Source of the DNA: Diplonema japonicum | Taxonomy: Eukaryota > Protista > Euglenozoa: Diplonemea | DNA length: 64,000 nt | Direction: 5' to 3' | Assembly (NCBI GenBank): GCA_964019335.1 | Contig: OZ025705.1 | Span: forward strand, 248,001-312,000 | Shown: piece after piece, positions 14,701 through 29,100 of the stretch | Position numbering within the stretch: the stretch's first letter is position 1 | How the letters are laid out: each line of letters opens with the position of its first letter | The notes under the pieces: model-generated | What the model saw: only the letters and a program-made list of their open reading frames with translations | What the model was told of the DNA's origin: nothing | The model's database searches: none | Translations under genes and position numbers: made by a program

Positions 14701-16423
14701 ACTTGCACTTCATCTCCTTGTCAGGACACCAACTGTGAATGCATGCCTTCTCACTTACAATATCTTCACAACGTTCCACAGGTGCTGGGGTGTCCTCGGG
14801 ACAGAAGCACTTTCCATCACCAATAGAGTTGGTCTTCCACTGGCACTTCATGTCTTTGTCAGGGCATTTCATGTTGACACATTGCTTTTTGTCATGAATT
14901 TCTTCACATCTCTCAACAGGTGCAGGGGTGTCCTCAGGACAGAAACACTTCTTGTTGGCCCACTGACACTTCATCTCCTTGTCAGGACACCAACTGTGAA
15001 AGCATGCCTTCTCACTTACAATATCTTCACAGCGAGCCACAGGTGCAGGGGTCTCCTCAGGACAGAAACACTTTCCATTACCAAGCGAGTTCTCAGTCCA
15101 TTGGCACTTCAAGTCTTTATTGACAGGGTGTGGACATTTCATGTTGACACACTGTTCCTTATCTTGTACTTCTTCACATGGCACAACAGGTGCAGGGGTC
15201 TCCTCAGGACAGAAACACTTTCCATTACCAAGCGAGTTTTCAGTCCATTGGCACTTCAAGTCTTTATTGACAGGGTGTGGACATTTCATGTTGACACACT
15301 GTTCCTTGTCATTAACTTCTTCACATGGCACAACAGGTGCTGGGGTGTCCTCGGGACAGAAGCACTTTCCATCACCAATAGAGTTGGTCTTCCACTGGCA
15401 CTTCATGTCTTTGTCAGGGCACTTCATGTTGACACATTGCTTTTTGTCATGAATTTCTTCACATCTCTCAACAGGTGCAGGGGTGTCCTCAGGGCAGAAA
15501 CACTTCCTGTTGGCCCACTGACACTTCATCTCCTTGTCAGGACACCAACTGTGAAAGCATGCCTTCTCACTTACAATATCTTCACAACGTTCCACAGGTG
15601 CAGGGGTCTCCTCAGGACAGAAACACTTTCCATTACCAAGCGAGTTCTCAGTCCATTGGCACTTCAAGTCTTTATTGACAGGGTGTGGACATTTCATGTT
15701 GACACACTGTTCCTTGTCATTAACTTCTTCACATGGCACAACAGGTGCGGGGGTGTCCTCGGGGCAAAAACATTTTCCGTTACCAAGAGAGTTTGTCTTC
15801 CACTGGCACTTCATTTCCTTGCCAGGGCATTTCATGTTGACACACTGCTCCTTGTCCTGAACTTCTTCACACCTTTCAGCAGGTGCAGGGGTATCTTCAG
15901 GGCAGAAGCACTTCCTGTTGGCCCACTTGCATTTCATCTTCTTGTCGGGACACGAACTGTGAAAGCAAGTCTCCTCGTCCGTGATTTCTTCACACCTCTC
16001 AACAGGTGCAGGGGTCTTCTCGGGGCAGAAGCACTTCTCATCCTCCCACGAGCACTCCTTCTCAGAGTGAGGGCATCTGGAGGAGAGACACTTTTCCTTG
16101 ATGCTCACATCCTCGCAGCGATTGTACAGAGGGCAGTCGCAGAACTCAGTCCCATCGGGGAGGAAATACCATTCGCACAGGGCATCGGACCCACGGCACC
16201 GGTTCTCAACGCAGCGCTCCTTTTCCCTGTGCTGCTTGCACGAAGGGGTGTCGCAGTGGCACAGCTTTTCCTCCGCATCCCACGCACAGAGGGTCTGGAA
16301 TTCGTAGCACTTGTTCTGAAGGCACTCCTCCTTCGTCCCGTGAGGCCTGCACTCATCTCCTCCCGCCTCTACCGCAACTGTGAAGAGAGCAGCCGCAAGA
16401 GCTGCCATTCGGAGAGACATCAT
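11753..16423 (-). CDS. Secreted cysteine-rich tandem-repeat protein, copy 2
   Basis: Translation identical to copy 1. Confidence 0.92.
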   Translation of the reverse strand: MMSLRMAALAAALFTVAVEAGGDECRPHGTKEECLQNKCYEFQTLCAWDAEEKLCHCDTPSCKQHREKERCVENRCRGSDALCEWYFLPDGTEFCDCPLYNRCEDVSIKEKCLSSRCPHSEKECSWEDEKCFCPEKTPAPVERCEEITDEETCFHSSCPDKKMKCKWANRKCFCPEDTPAPAERCEEVQDKEQCVNMKCPGKEMKCQWKTNSLGNGKCFCPEDTPAPVVPCEEVNDKEQCVNMKCPHPVNKDLKCQWTENSLGNGKCFCPEETPAPVERCEDIVSEKACFHSWCPDKEMKCQWANRKCFCPEDTPAPVERCEEIHDKKQCVNMKCPDKDMKCQWKTNSIGDGKCFCPEDTPAPVVPCEEVNDKEQCVNMKCPHPVNKDLKCQWTENSLGNGKCFCPEETPAPVVPCEEVQDKEQCVNMKCPHPVNKDLKCQWTENSLGNGKCFCPEETPAPVARCEDIVSEKACFHSWCPDKEMKCQWANKKCFCPEDTPAPVERCEEIHDKKQCVNMKCPDKDMKCQWKTNSIGDGKCFCPEDTPAPVERCEDIVSEKACIHSWCPDKEMKCKWANRKCFCPENTPAPVERCEEVQDKELCVNMKCPDKDMKCQWKTNSLGDGKCFCPEDTPAPVERCEEVQDKEQCVNMKCLDKDMKCQWKSNSLGNGKCFCPEDTPAPVEKCEEVQDKEQCVNMKCLDKDMKCQWKTNSLGDGKCFCPEDTPAPVEQCEEVHDKEQCVNMKCPDKDMKCQWTENSLGNGKCFCPEDTPAPVERCEEVHDKKQCVNMKCPDKDLKCQWTENSLGHGKCFCPEETPAPVERCEEVHDKEQCVNMKCPDKDMKCQWTENSLGNGKCFCPEDTPAPVERCEEVQDKEQCVNMKCPDKDMKCQWKTNSLGNGKCFCPEDTPAPVERCEEVQDKEQCVNMKCPDKDMKCQWKTNSLGNGKCFCPEDTPAPVERCEDIVSEKACFHSWCPDKEMKCKWANRKCFCPEDTPAPVERCEEVQDKEQCVNMKCLDKDMKCQWTENSLGNGKCFCPEDTPAPVERCEEVQDKEQCVNMKCPDKDMKCQWKTNSLGNGKCFCPEDTPAPVERCEEVQDKEQCVNMKCPDKDMKCQWTENSLGNGKCFCPEDTPAPVERCEEVHDKKQCVNMKCPDKDLKCQWTENSLGNGKCFCPEETPAPVERCEEVQDKEQCVNMKCPDKDMKCQWKTNSLGNGKCFCPEDTPAPVERCEEVQDKEQCVNMKCPDKDMKCQWTENSLGNGKCFCPENTPAPVERCEEVQDKKQCVNMKCPDKDMKCQWTENSLGHGKCFCPEDTPAPVDRCEEIKDEESCVHSECPDKKMQCKWENRKCFCPNDTPAPEVLCEDIKNHDLCKRQMCPDKDLNCKWKEGSDGNGECFCPEAEECKMFVDKKKCVNNYCMEGGRACRWKEDASGAGECSCPEEDKCCDPLKEPGMYGNPICFEGHRCCAVSGQWVCSIGDGKNFPCGGTIISSGFGKVCPCEGGECRDCKGRCIIGNLVKCPVSPCAISPCGKNEVCTPNYCNGCNACCTSLFSR

Positions 16424-17025
16424 GTGTACAAAGGGTGTGGGTGGTGGGGGGTGTTTTAGTAACCTGTTTTGAGAATTTTGTTAGAAATGGGAATGTGCGA
16501 AACGCGTGAAATGAAAAATGAAAAACACAAGAAGAAGAAGAAAAAAAAAAAATGAAATCCCATATCACACAAGCAAAAAGAAACAAGCTGGAAATATGTG
16601 GAGGAGGAGTGTGCTTACAATAAATGAAAACTAGACATTTCAGGTTTGGAGTTGTTAGCCAGTTTGTCACATGTGGCTTCTAAAACATAAAAAAAATAGA
16701 GGACGAGGAGGGGGGAGGGGGGTGAAAAAAAAGGGAAACGAAAAGAGTATGGGTGGGCAAGGGGACAAAAGGAGCGGTAAAAAAGCAGTAAAATTGAAAG
16801 AGGGGAGGGGGAGAAAAGATAAACAGTCAGTTTTAAGCAAAACCGCACAGGGCATACTCCTAACCCATGTGATTGTTTTCCTTTCTGTTGCTCCAGCTTT
16901 TTTCAAAAAGGAAGAAAGGGAGGGACCTTTCAGATACCGCTTGTTGCCTCAAAGTCACCTTTGAAGTGACTATATAGAAGGAAAATAAAAGAAGAAGAAA
17001 AGAAAAGAAAACACCCAGTAATAAT

Positions 17026-18474
<1,449 letters not shown>

Positions 18475-18917
18475 CTAAATGTCTGATTTATGCTTGTGTC
18501 CAACTTGCCTGTCGCTGGTTGGTGCAGGAGCCAAAGCATTTGTTCGCAAATCAACTAAAGTAACTATGTTGAGTACCGATGTTCAAAGAAAAACTTGCAA
18601 CGAGTGCAGTTGTGGTGGGGGGGGGGGGGGGATAATTAAGAGGGAGTGAAGGGGGAGAGAGAGAGGAAGGAAAAAAAAACCTTGAAAAACACGATCGGGG
18701 GGCATATGATCTTTTAATTCAAAAATGTTAGTTCTTTATAAAAAAAAAGAGGAATAAATAAATAAATAAAAAAGCTGATTGAGGACCTTGTGCCCGAGCA
18801 AGAAAGCAAAAAAAAAAAAAAAAAAGGAAAATTTAATTTTTCCCCTGTTTTTTTTTTTCTTTTTTCTTTCCCCTTGCTTTTTCTTCAGTGTGATCAGCAA
18901 AAACAATTGTCAAAATT

Positions 18918-19181
18918 CTGTAAAACGAAAATCACAGGAAGGAAAAATGTATCCCGAAGCCCTAACAGACCGGGTGATTACTTTGGTTTCATAAAATAAA
19001 ATTTCACAAAAGCCCCGCCGTGCTGTGGCCTTGTAGTCATTGACGAGGAGTATGGACTCGGTTAGGCACCCATCGCGATGTGCGAAGACTTGCTGAGGCT
19101 AGCAAAGCAGGATGCGGGGTAGAGGTGGCGTAGCCGGAAAAATGCATGGAAAGAAGCCCCGGTTATTCTTTCGTTTTACAG
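18918..19181. mobile_element. MITE (264 bp) with 13-bp TIR CTGTAAAACGAAA, probably TA-targeting
   Basis: ctgtaaaacgaaa at 18918-18930 and its exact reverse complement at 19169-19181. Right flank TA, left flank TT (imperfect TSD); non-coding interior. Confidence 0.6.
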
Positions 19182-20201
19182 TATGTATTTTTTTTTTATT
19201 GCGGCAAAAAAGAATAATTTTCTTTTGCGTGTTCTACAGTGCTGGGGGGGAGAGAGGGAGAGAGAGAGAAAGAGAAAAATATATTGAATGTGTGTGTGCA
19301 CCCCTTCGTCATTTGCGGCAGTGTGTTGTTGAGAAAGTCAGATAAACAAAACTGCAATAGTATATTGCATAGCTTCTCGTGAAGAGGACATCTGAGGCAA
19401 AGGGTGTGCGAGGAGACAAATAGGCAAATCCTGTTTTTTTTTATTTATTTTTTTTTTTTTTTTTTTCACGCGCACTTTACAAATGCATTGACCATCATTA
19501 AAAGGATCATTTGTAAATCGCGTTACGCTGGCAAAAAAAAAAAAAAAAAAAAAAAAAAGAGAGAGAGAAAAGATTTTTTTCTTTCTGTTTGATAATTAAA
19601 CACACTGTTGGGGAGGGGGGGAAGTACTGCAACGACCCACCACAAAAAGAAAAGGGAATAGAATAAAAAGAGAGAAGGTAACTTACTTTTTTTCCCCGCC
19701 CGAGGGACGTTCTTAATGCTTACAAGAAAGAACTGTGGAGGGTAAGTAGTAAGGGGAGATTTAAAATATATATATATATATATAGAAGAAAAAAAGGGGG
19801 GGGGGCAGAGCGGAGTTCTTTTACCCTCTTGTCCCTGCAACACCCCGACGTTGGTGGCCAATTCACCCCCCCCCCCCCCCCCCTGTCCTCTAAAAAAGCG
19901 TAAGAAGCAAACGCCGCTCTACCATCATCAAGCCTGCTGGTGAGAACTATAGAACATAAAAAAAAATGGGGGAAAAAAAGGAAAACAAAAACAAAAAGCA
20001 AGGACCACTCGTGACTCGAAAATAAAGAAGACCCAAAAAGGAACAAAAAAAAAATCCTTTTTTCTTTCCGATAAAAGTTTAGTATGTAGGAGGGAGAGGG
20101 TGCTGGTGGCACCCCTGCACAAGCAACTGTCTCAAAAATAATTAAAAATCAGTAGGACACAGAAGCTGATTAATCAGCAAAGGTGATTCCGTTTTCTTTT
20201 G

Positions 20202-20241
<40 letters not shown>

Positions 20242-20244
20242 TCC

Positions 20245-21741
20245 TCATTGCTCGTGCACTGCAACTTGCATCCCGTTTGAATCATTCTGCCATGTGATCG
20301 AAAACAGCAAAGAGGGTTTGAAACCAGGCTTAGCCGTGAACTTGAAATTCGCGAAGATGGTAAGAAGAGCGATCTTCCCCTCAAGGATTGCCATATTCTT
20401 CCCAAGGCACAGACGGGGGCCTGCGTTGAATCCTGGAAACACATAGTCGTCATAAGCCTTCCCCTCCATCCAGCGAGCAGGGTTGAACTCCTCAGCGTCC
20501 TCACCAAACGCCTCTTTTCTCCTGTTTGACGCCAGGATAAGATAATGAACAAATTGTCCAGCCTTGACCTTCGCACCTGAAGGGAAGGTCACCTCCCGCA
20601 AAGCGACTTTCTCATCAATGGGAACAGGAGGGTTAAGCCTCAACGCCTCCAAGAAGACAGCCTCTGCAACAGGGGATTTTCCTTCAATGTCGTCAAAGGT
20701 AAGAGCTTCTTGAGTGTTCCCCCCAAAGCATGTCTTTGCTTCCTCGGCAAGCTTGTCCTGCCATTCAGGATGCTGCACCAGGTATTCAAAGCAAGATGTA
20801 AGCGATGATCCTGTCGTGTCCCGTCCTGCAATGAGCACGTTGATGATCATGTCGCGAAGGAACTTTCTGTCGTACTTCTTGCCCTCTTCCTTGGCGGCCT
20901 CGAGGAAGAGCCCTGTCATGGTCTGGTCATCTTGCAGGGCATCGTCTCTGATGTTCCCCTCCTCGTCGTAGTACCCGTCCACAACTTCGTTTACATATTG
21001 GTCCACCTTGGCCATGTAGGTCTTGATGGTGCGTTCCTCTTCGGAGCCAAAGGCACGGGAGATCTTCCACCATGGGATGACGAATCTGTTTGCAACACGT
21101 GACTGGATGATGTCGAAGGCGGTCTGGAAATCCACGTCTTTGGTTACATCCTTCAGCGAGCTCACTTCCCTGTTGAAGGCGATCATGTTGATGCAGTCGA
21201 AAGTGTAGCAGTAGAGCAACGGTTGGATGTTGTAATATCCATCGGACGACGCTGCTTTTCGTAGGATCTGAACCATGTCCTGTGCGTGGTTCCCGAAGGT
21301 GGTGGACATCCTGTCGCGTAGCTGTCTTCTGTTGAACATGTGTGACATTGTGATGCGTTGTTCCTTCCATTTGTCGCCGTTAGTGTTGAAGATGCCGTTG
21401 CCCATTGTCTCTTCGAAGATCTCGATGAATTCTGCAGCTTTGTCGAATGCGCCGAACTCGTCTCTCAACAGGAATTTAATGTCGTCGGGGTGGTTGATCA
21501 CAAGCGATGTCTTCCCTCCTACCTGGCTCCAGCTAAACACCTTGTTGCCGTGTGCCTTGGTGGCCTTGAGGAGGAATGTCGCCATTGATCCCTTTTCTTT
21601 GAAAACCTCGTTCATCACATCCAATGTTCCCCCCCACCAGAACTTGCTTCCCTTCATGTTCTCGACGCCATCCATCGTCCTCGCTCTCAACAGGTACAGC
21701 ACCACCACCAGTGCTATCGCGCAGTATAGAATTTGAATCAT
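20245..21741 (-). CDS. Cytochrome P450 (CYP86-clan/CYP704-like), paralogue B, 498 aa
   Basis: Same motifs as paralogue A (AGRDTT, EALR, FNAGPRLCLG); patchwork identity to 728-2227. Confidence 0.93.
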   Translation of the reverse strand: MIQILYCAIALVVVLYLLRARTMDGVENMKGSKFWWGGTLDVMNEVFKEKGSMATFLLKATKAHGNKVFSWSQVGGKTSLVINHPDDIKFLLRDEFGAFDKAAEFIEIFEETMGNGIFNTNGDKWKEQRITMSHMFNRRQLRDRMSTTFGNHAQDMVQILRKAASSDGYYNIQPLLYCYTFDCINMIAFNREVSSLKDVTKDVDFQTAFDIIQSRVANRFVIPWWKISRAFGSEEERTIKTYMAKVDQYVNEVVDGYYDEEGNIRDDALQDDQTMTGLFLEAAKEEGKKYDRKFLRDMIINVLIAGRDTTGSSLTSCFEYLVQHPEWQDKLAEEAKTCFGGNTQEALTFDDIEGKSPVAEAVFLEALRLNPPVPIDEKVALREVTFPSGAKVKAGQFVHYLILASNRRKEAFGEDAEEFNPARWMEGKAYDDYVFPGFNAGPRLCLGKNMAILEGKIALLTIFANFKFTAKPGFKPSLLFSITWQNDSNGMQVAVHEQ

Positions 21742-22070
21742 GTTGGTTCCCTTTTGTTGTTTTTTTTTTTTTTTTTTTTTCTTTTTTTTTTCTCTTTCTG
21801 TTGTTTGCTTAGAAAGAATCTTTTTTTTTTAAATGAAATCATCAATGGCAAGGGAAGAGGGGTTTACAACGTGGGGAAATCAGTTCTTTTGATCAAACTA
21901 AAGCGTAGGAGGAAACCCGCTAGTAGTCTCAGGTTTACCAAAACATCTAGCATTTGTTCATCTTCATCCTCCTAGTAAATGGGGCAGGGGTGAGGAGATG
22001 GGTGGGTCACAATCGCAACAGAAGGCACACTCCTACCGACCGTCGCTACATCCGACATCTTCTACAAAAT

Positions 22071-23468
<1,398 letters not shown>

Positions 23469-24415
23469 TTAAAAAAAAAGCGGTGGGTACTCCATCTCAT
23501 AATAAACAGCAATAAAAGAGGGAATAAATAGAGAGAGGAAGAGGGAGAGAGAGAGCATAGCAAGCAGCTTCATGCCGAGGTGAAGTTCGGAAAGAAGCAG
23601 CTAAACAAGTAATTGAAGGAAAGATAAAGTGAGCCACATACCACGCCCGCCATAATCACTGCTGGGAACATTTTGAGAAAGGACAAAGGTTGGGCGTGTG
23701 AGGTCGGGTACTCGGCTTTACGCTAGAAGCACTGTAGCCATCACTTGGTCTACCCCTTGCCTTGTTTCTGTTGCCCATGCGTGCAAATCATAGCATCTGC
23801 TGTTTGTGAACAGTTCCTCTCACTTCTTCTTGACTCGCGAAATAATAATAAAGGGGAGGTGCCATCGAATACCTGAGACCAAGGTCCTGCTGCCCCTCAA
23901 AACATGACAACAAGAAATGACCACAAAGGAAGCATGCCAGATCGTTTATAATCAACAGCACGTTGTTCCAATGCAGTAAAACGATGGAAAGGGGGGGGGG
24001 GTGAAGAAAAAAAACCTGATCTAGAAGAAAGAGGAGAGCAAAAAGAGTTTTTCTCCCCTCCTTTGTTCCAGAAGTTTTATTTCCCCCCCTCTTTTATTTC
24101 CATCTTTTCTTATTCTTTATTTCATCATTTTCTTCGTTCGGTATTTCAAGATCAAATATAAAAAAAGAGGGGGAGTCTCTGGTGCTGCATTGTTGGCATT
24201 CTTTTTTTTTTCTTCTTTTTCTTTTTCCTTCCCTGCTCGGAAAACCAAAAGAATACAACCACCCAGAGATTAACAAGTAAATAAGGAGAAAAAAAATAAG
24301 AACAAGGGGAAAAAAAAGGAAAAAAAAAAAAAAGAAATATCATAAAAAGCGTCGAGACAAAGAAGGGCCATTAAACGACCTCCAGTGCCACGTCTTCTAC
24401 AATAAATAAATAAAT

Positions 24416-25997
24416 GGCATCGTTTCAAAAAAACCCCCCCCAAAAAAAATGAGGCCAATTGACACTTTCAATATTTCTCTGAGTACTTTTTCCCAAAGAA
24501 AAAAAATTCTACAACTTTCCCGGCCCAGGTTAGGAAAGAAAACACCCCAGAAAATGGGAAAGTGAGTGTTACTAGTAGCCACAAAATTCAGTCCTAGGGG
24601 CAAAAATGGGTTTTTTCACTTTGCACAAATTCAGTAAAAGAGGGGGTGACAAAAATGGATGCTTTTAAACTTGCTGTTGAGAAGCTAGGGGTAAAAAAAA
24701 ATGGTATTCGGACCGAGAAAGGGTAAATGGGAACACCACGGCGATCAGGACACTCGCCACAGAGGTTTTTGAGAAGCTCAGTGGCAACGACTGTGCTGCA
24801 CTAGTTTGTGAAGTGGTGTGTAAAAGGGAACTTCTAGCGGCACTTCTGCTATCATTTTCTGGTTGGTTTAGTAGCCAACAAGACACCACACAATTGGTCA
24901 GAGGCATGAGGCTTGACCACATCACACATGATGAAATAAGGGCAGCTGGCCTTACTGTTGGAAAAGTCTTGTTCCACAGTAGCATGGGCACAGAAAAAAA
25001 TAAAGAAAAAAATGGAGTGGATACTCCGGACTGACGGTGGGCGTCACTTTCGTGCAAAGGAATTTTGCTACTTTGTTCTTTTTGGTCTTCGTTATGTATA
25101 TCCCGATCGGACGTTTTCCCTGTGGTTTCTGGGGGAGAAACACGACAAAAACAACAGGGACAGCCACTTTGGTGTGCTCTCTCGTGTTTGGTTTTGGGTG
25201 CCTCGTTCCACAACAATTAAAACTGTGGAACAAATAGCTAACATCACCAATACGATACGGTGCGCCGTGCATGTAGTTACTGATGTCTTTGGCCCGTACA
25301 AAAAGAAGATTCTTGAGTTTCCGGATTTTACAGGTGCATATGAGCTCAGGAGCACACCGGAGGGTGTATTTGCTACGTGCGCGTCCACGAGCTAGAAGGA
25401 ACTAAAGTACATCATCAAAGAACTCGCTGCAGACAGAGCAGAGAAAAGGCCCCCAGTCTATGAATCTTGTGATGAGTATGAGGACGTTCCTGATAGCCTT
25501 CCCGGACTTGAAAAACGAGAAAGAATAGTAACCAAATTGCGAAAATACTCGACACCCCATGACAAGCCCAAAGCACCAAGTACACCTACGAATGAGCCTC
25601 TTAAAACCCCCCAAAATGCGGTAGAAGGCCTAATAGTATGAAAAAGAAACGAGGTCGCCCACTCAGCAGCAGCACATCTCAGCCGCAGAAGACTAGGAAA
25701 TGAAGGTTTCCACTTCCAACATCATTTCAGCCACCTTCTAGCAGTGAGTTCCGCTATTTCTTGCTATTGAAAGCATACTCTCTGACTTTACCAAAACCAC
25801 TAAAACCCGATTTTTAACCTAAGACCGAATTTTTCATAGGTCAAAATAGCACCCTTGAGCGATTTCTGACCCGGGTTCTTTCCTAATATGGGCCGGGAAA
25901 TATGGAGAATTTTTTTTAAGGGGGCGGCATGCCCAAAGATGCAACGAAAGTGTCAATTGGCCTCATTTTTTTGGGGGGGGGTTTTTGAAATCGACCC
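24416..25997 (+). mobile_element. Decayed cut-and-paste DNA transposon with long imperfect TIRs (Sola-like or MULE-like) and transposase remnant
   Basis: Ends are inverted copies of tttcaaaaa-C-run-A-run-tgaggccaattgacactttc, with further inverted blocks (tttcccggccca..ttaggaaagaa; aaaattc.gtc.tagg) extending about 200 bp. Both flanks are (AAAT)n. Internal broken plus-strand frames contain WILRTDGGRHF...EKHDKNNRDSHFG, a frameshift near 25000 and an in-frame TAG at 25393-25395 followed by about 80 open codons. Confidence 0.85.
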
Positions 25998-26173
25998 AAA
26001 TAAATAAATAAATGAGAGGTAAGTTCAACAGGGTAAATAGATTATATCTAGAAACAGAGGTTGAAAGAAAACTACGGTAGATTAGCCGCCTTCGCAGTGC
26101 GGTCTACAAACGTGGGTAACTTAAGGAACCAAAACATTTCCTTCTAACAATAAAGCAGCCTTGCTCCTGGTTC

Positions 26174-29100
26174 TCAACGTGAAAACAGCGAAGTGCAGCA
26201 AGCATTGCATCCGTTGCAGTAGTTAGGAGTGCAGACTTCATTTTTCCCACAAGGGCTGATGGCGCATGGGCTGACGGGGCACTTCACAAGGTTTCCGATG
26301 ATGCACCTCCCCTTGCAGTCCCTGCACTCCCCACCCTCGCAGGGGCACACCTTCCCGAACCCGCTGCTTATGATGGTACCACCACAAGGGAAGTTCTTCC
26401 CATCACCGATGCTGCAGACCCACTGCCCAGAGACCGCACAGCACCTGTGTCCTTCAAAACAGATCGGGTTCCCGTACATCCCAGGCTCCTTCAGAGGATC
26501 GCAGCACTTGTCTTCCTCAGGGCACGAACACTCGCCTGCGCCGCTGGCGTCCTCCTTCCACCTGCACGCCCGTCCACCCTCCATGCAGTAGTTGTTCACA
26601 CACTTCTTCTTGTCAACAAACATCTTGCACTCCTCAGCCTCTGGGCAGAAACACTCACCATTACCGTCCGATCCCTCTTTCCATTTGCAGTTCAGATCCT
26701 TATCGGGGCACATCTGTCTCTTGCAGAGGTCATGGTTTTTTATGTCCTCGCAAAGAACCTCAGGTGCTGGGGTGTCGTTGGGGCAGAAGCACTTCCTGTT
26801 CTCCCACTTGCACTGCATCTTCTTGTCAGGGCACTCGCTGTGGACGCAACTCTCCTCGTCCTTTATCTCCTCACAACGGTCCACTGGGGCAGGGGTGTCC
26901 TCGGGGCAGAAACACTTCCCATGTCCAAGCGAGTTCTCGGTCCACTGGCACTTCATGTCCTTGTCGGGGCATTTCATGTTGACACACTGCTTTTTGTCCT
27001 GAACTTCTTCACATCGCTCAACAGGTGCTGGGGTATTCTCAGGACAGAAACACTTTCCATTTCCAAGCGAGTTCTCAGTCCATTGGCATTTCATGTCCTT
27101 GTCAGGGCATTTCATGTTGACACATTGTTCCTTGTCTTGAACTTCTTCACATCGCTCAACAGGTGCGGGTGTATCCTCAGGGCAGAAGCACTTACCGTTA
27201 CCTAGTGAGTTGGTCTTCCACTGGCACTTCATGTCTTTGTCAGGACACTTCATGTTGACACACTGTTCCTTGTCTTGAACTTCTTCACATCGCTCAACAG
27301 GTGCAGGGGTCTCCTCAGGGCAGAAGCACTTTCCATTTCCAAGCGAGTTTTCGGTCCATTGGCACTTCAAGTCTTTGTCAGGGCACTTCATGTTGACACA
27401 CTGCTTTTTATCGTGAACTTCTTCACATCTCTCCACAGGTGCGGGGGTATCCTCAGGACAGAAACACTTTCCATTTCCAAGCGAGTTCTCAGTCCATTGG
27501 CATTTCATATCCTTGTCAGGGCATTTCATGTTGACGCACTGTTCCTTGTCTTGAACTTCTTCACAACGTTCAACAGGTGCGGGTGTGTCCTCAGGACAGA
27601 AGCACTTACCGTTACCTAGTGAGTTTGTCTTCCACTGGCATTTCATGTCTTTGTCAGGGCACTTCATGTTGACACACTGTTCCTTGTCTTGAACTTCTTC
27701 ACATCGCTCAACAGGTGCTGGGGTATCCTCAGGGCAGAAGCACTTTCCATTACCAAGCGAGTTCTCAGTCCACTGGCATTTCATGTCCTTGTCAAGGCAT
27801 TTCATGTTGACACACTGTTCCTTGTCTTGAACTTCTTCACATCTCTCAACAGGAGCCGGGGTGTCCTCAGGGCAGAAGCACTTCCTGTTGGCCCACTTGC
27901 ACTTCATCTCCTTGTCAGGACACCAACTGTGAAAGCATGCCTTCTCGCTTACAATATCTTCACAACGTTCAACAGGTGCGGGGGTGTCCTCGGGACAGAA
28001 GCACTTACCGTTACCTAGTGAGTTGGTCTTCCACTGGCACTTCATATCCTTATCAGGGCATTTCATGTTGACACATTGTTCCTTGTCTTGAACTTCTTCA
28101 CATCGCTCAACAGGTGCGGGTGTATCCTCAGGGCAGAAGCACTTACCGTTACCTAGTGAGTTTGTCTTCCACTGGCATTTCATGTCTTTGTCAGGGCACT
28201 TCATGTTGACACACTGTTCCTTGTCTTGAACTTCTTCACATCTCTCAACAGGTGCTGGGGTATCCTCAGGGCAGAAGCACTTTCCATTACCAAGCGAGTT
28301 CTCAGTCCACTGGCATTTCATGTCCTTGTCAGGGCATTTCATGTTGACACATTGTTCCTTGTCATGAACTTCTTCACATCTCTCAACAGGTGCGGGGGTC
28401 TCCTCGGGGCAAAAGCACTTTCCATGTCCAAGCGAGTTTTCAGTCCACTGGCACTTCAAGTCTTTGTCTGGGCATTTCATGTTGACACACTGCTTTTTAT
28501 CATGAACTTCTTCACATCTCTCAACAGGTGCGGGGGTGTCCTCAGGGCAGAAGCACTTTCCATTTCCAAGCGAGTTTTCAGTCCACTGGCACTTCATATC
28601 CTTGTCAGGGCATTTCATGTTGACACACTGTTCCTTGTCATGAACTTCTTCACATTGCTCAACAGGTGCGGGGGTGTCCTCGGGGCAAAAGCACTTACCG
28701 TCGCCAAGAGAGTTTGTCTTCCACTGACATTTCATGTCCTTGTCAAGGCATTTCATGTTGACACACTGTTCCTTGTCTTGTACTTCTTCACATTTCTCCA
28801 CAGGTGCGGGGGTATCCTCAGGGCAGAAACACTTACCGTTACCGAGTGAGTTTGACTTCCACTGGCACTTCATGTCTTTGTCAAGGCATTTCATGTTGAC
28901 ACATTGTTCCTTGTCCTGAACTTCTTCACATCGCTCAACAGGTGCTGGGGTATCCTCGGGACAGAAGCACTTTCCGTCGCCAAGAGAGTTTGTCTTCCAC
29001 TGGCATTTCATATCCTTGTCAGGGCACTTCATGTTAACGCACAGTTCCTTGTCCTGAACTTCTTCACATCTCTCAACAGGTGCGGGGGTGTTCTCGGGGC

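Noticed and set aside
18600-20240. Many short F/K-rich ORFs, G-runs and (TA)n tracts in the intergenic DNA
   Set aside because: Low-complexity spacer typical of the whole window; no evidence of coding or specific structure.
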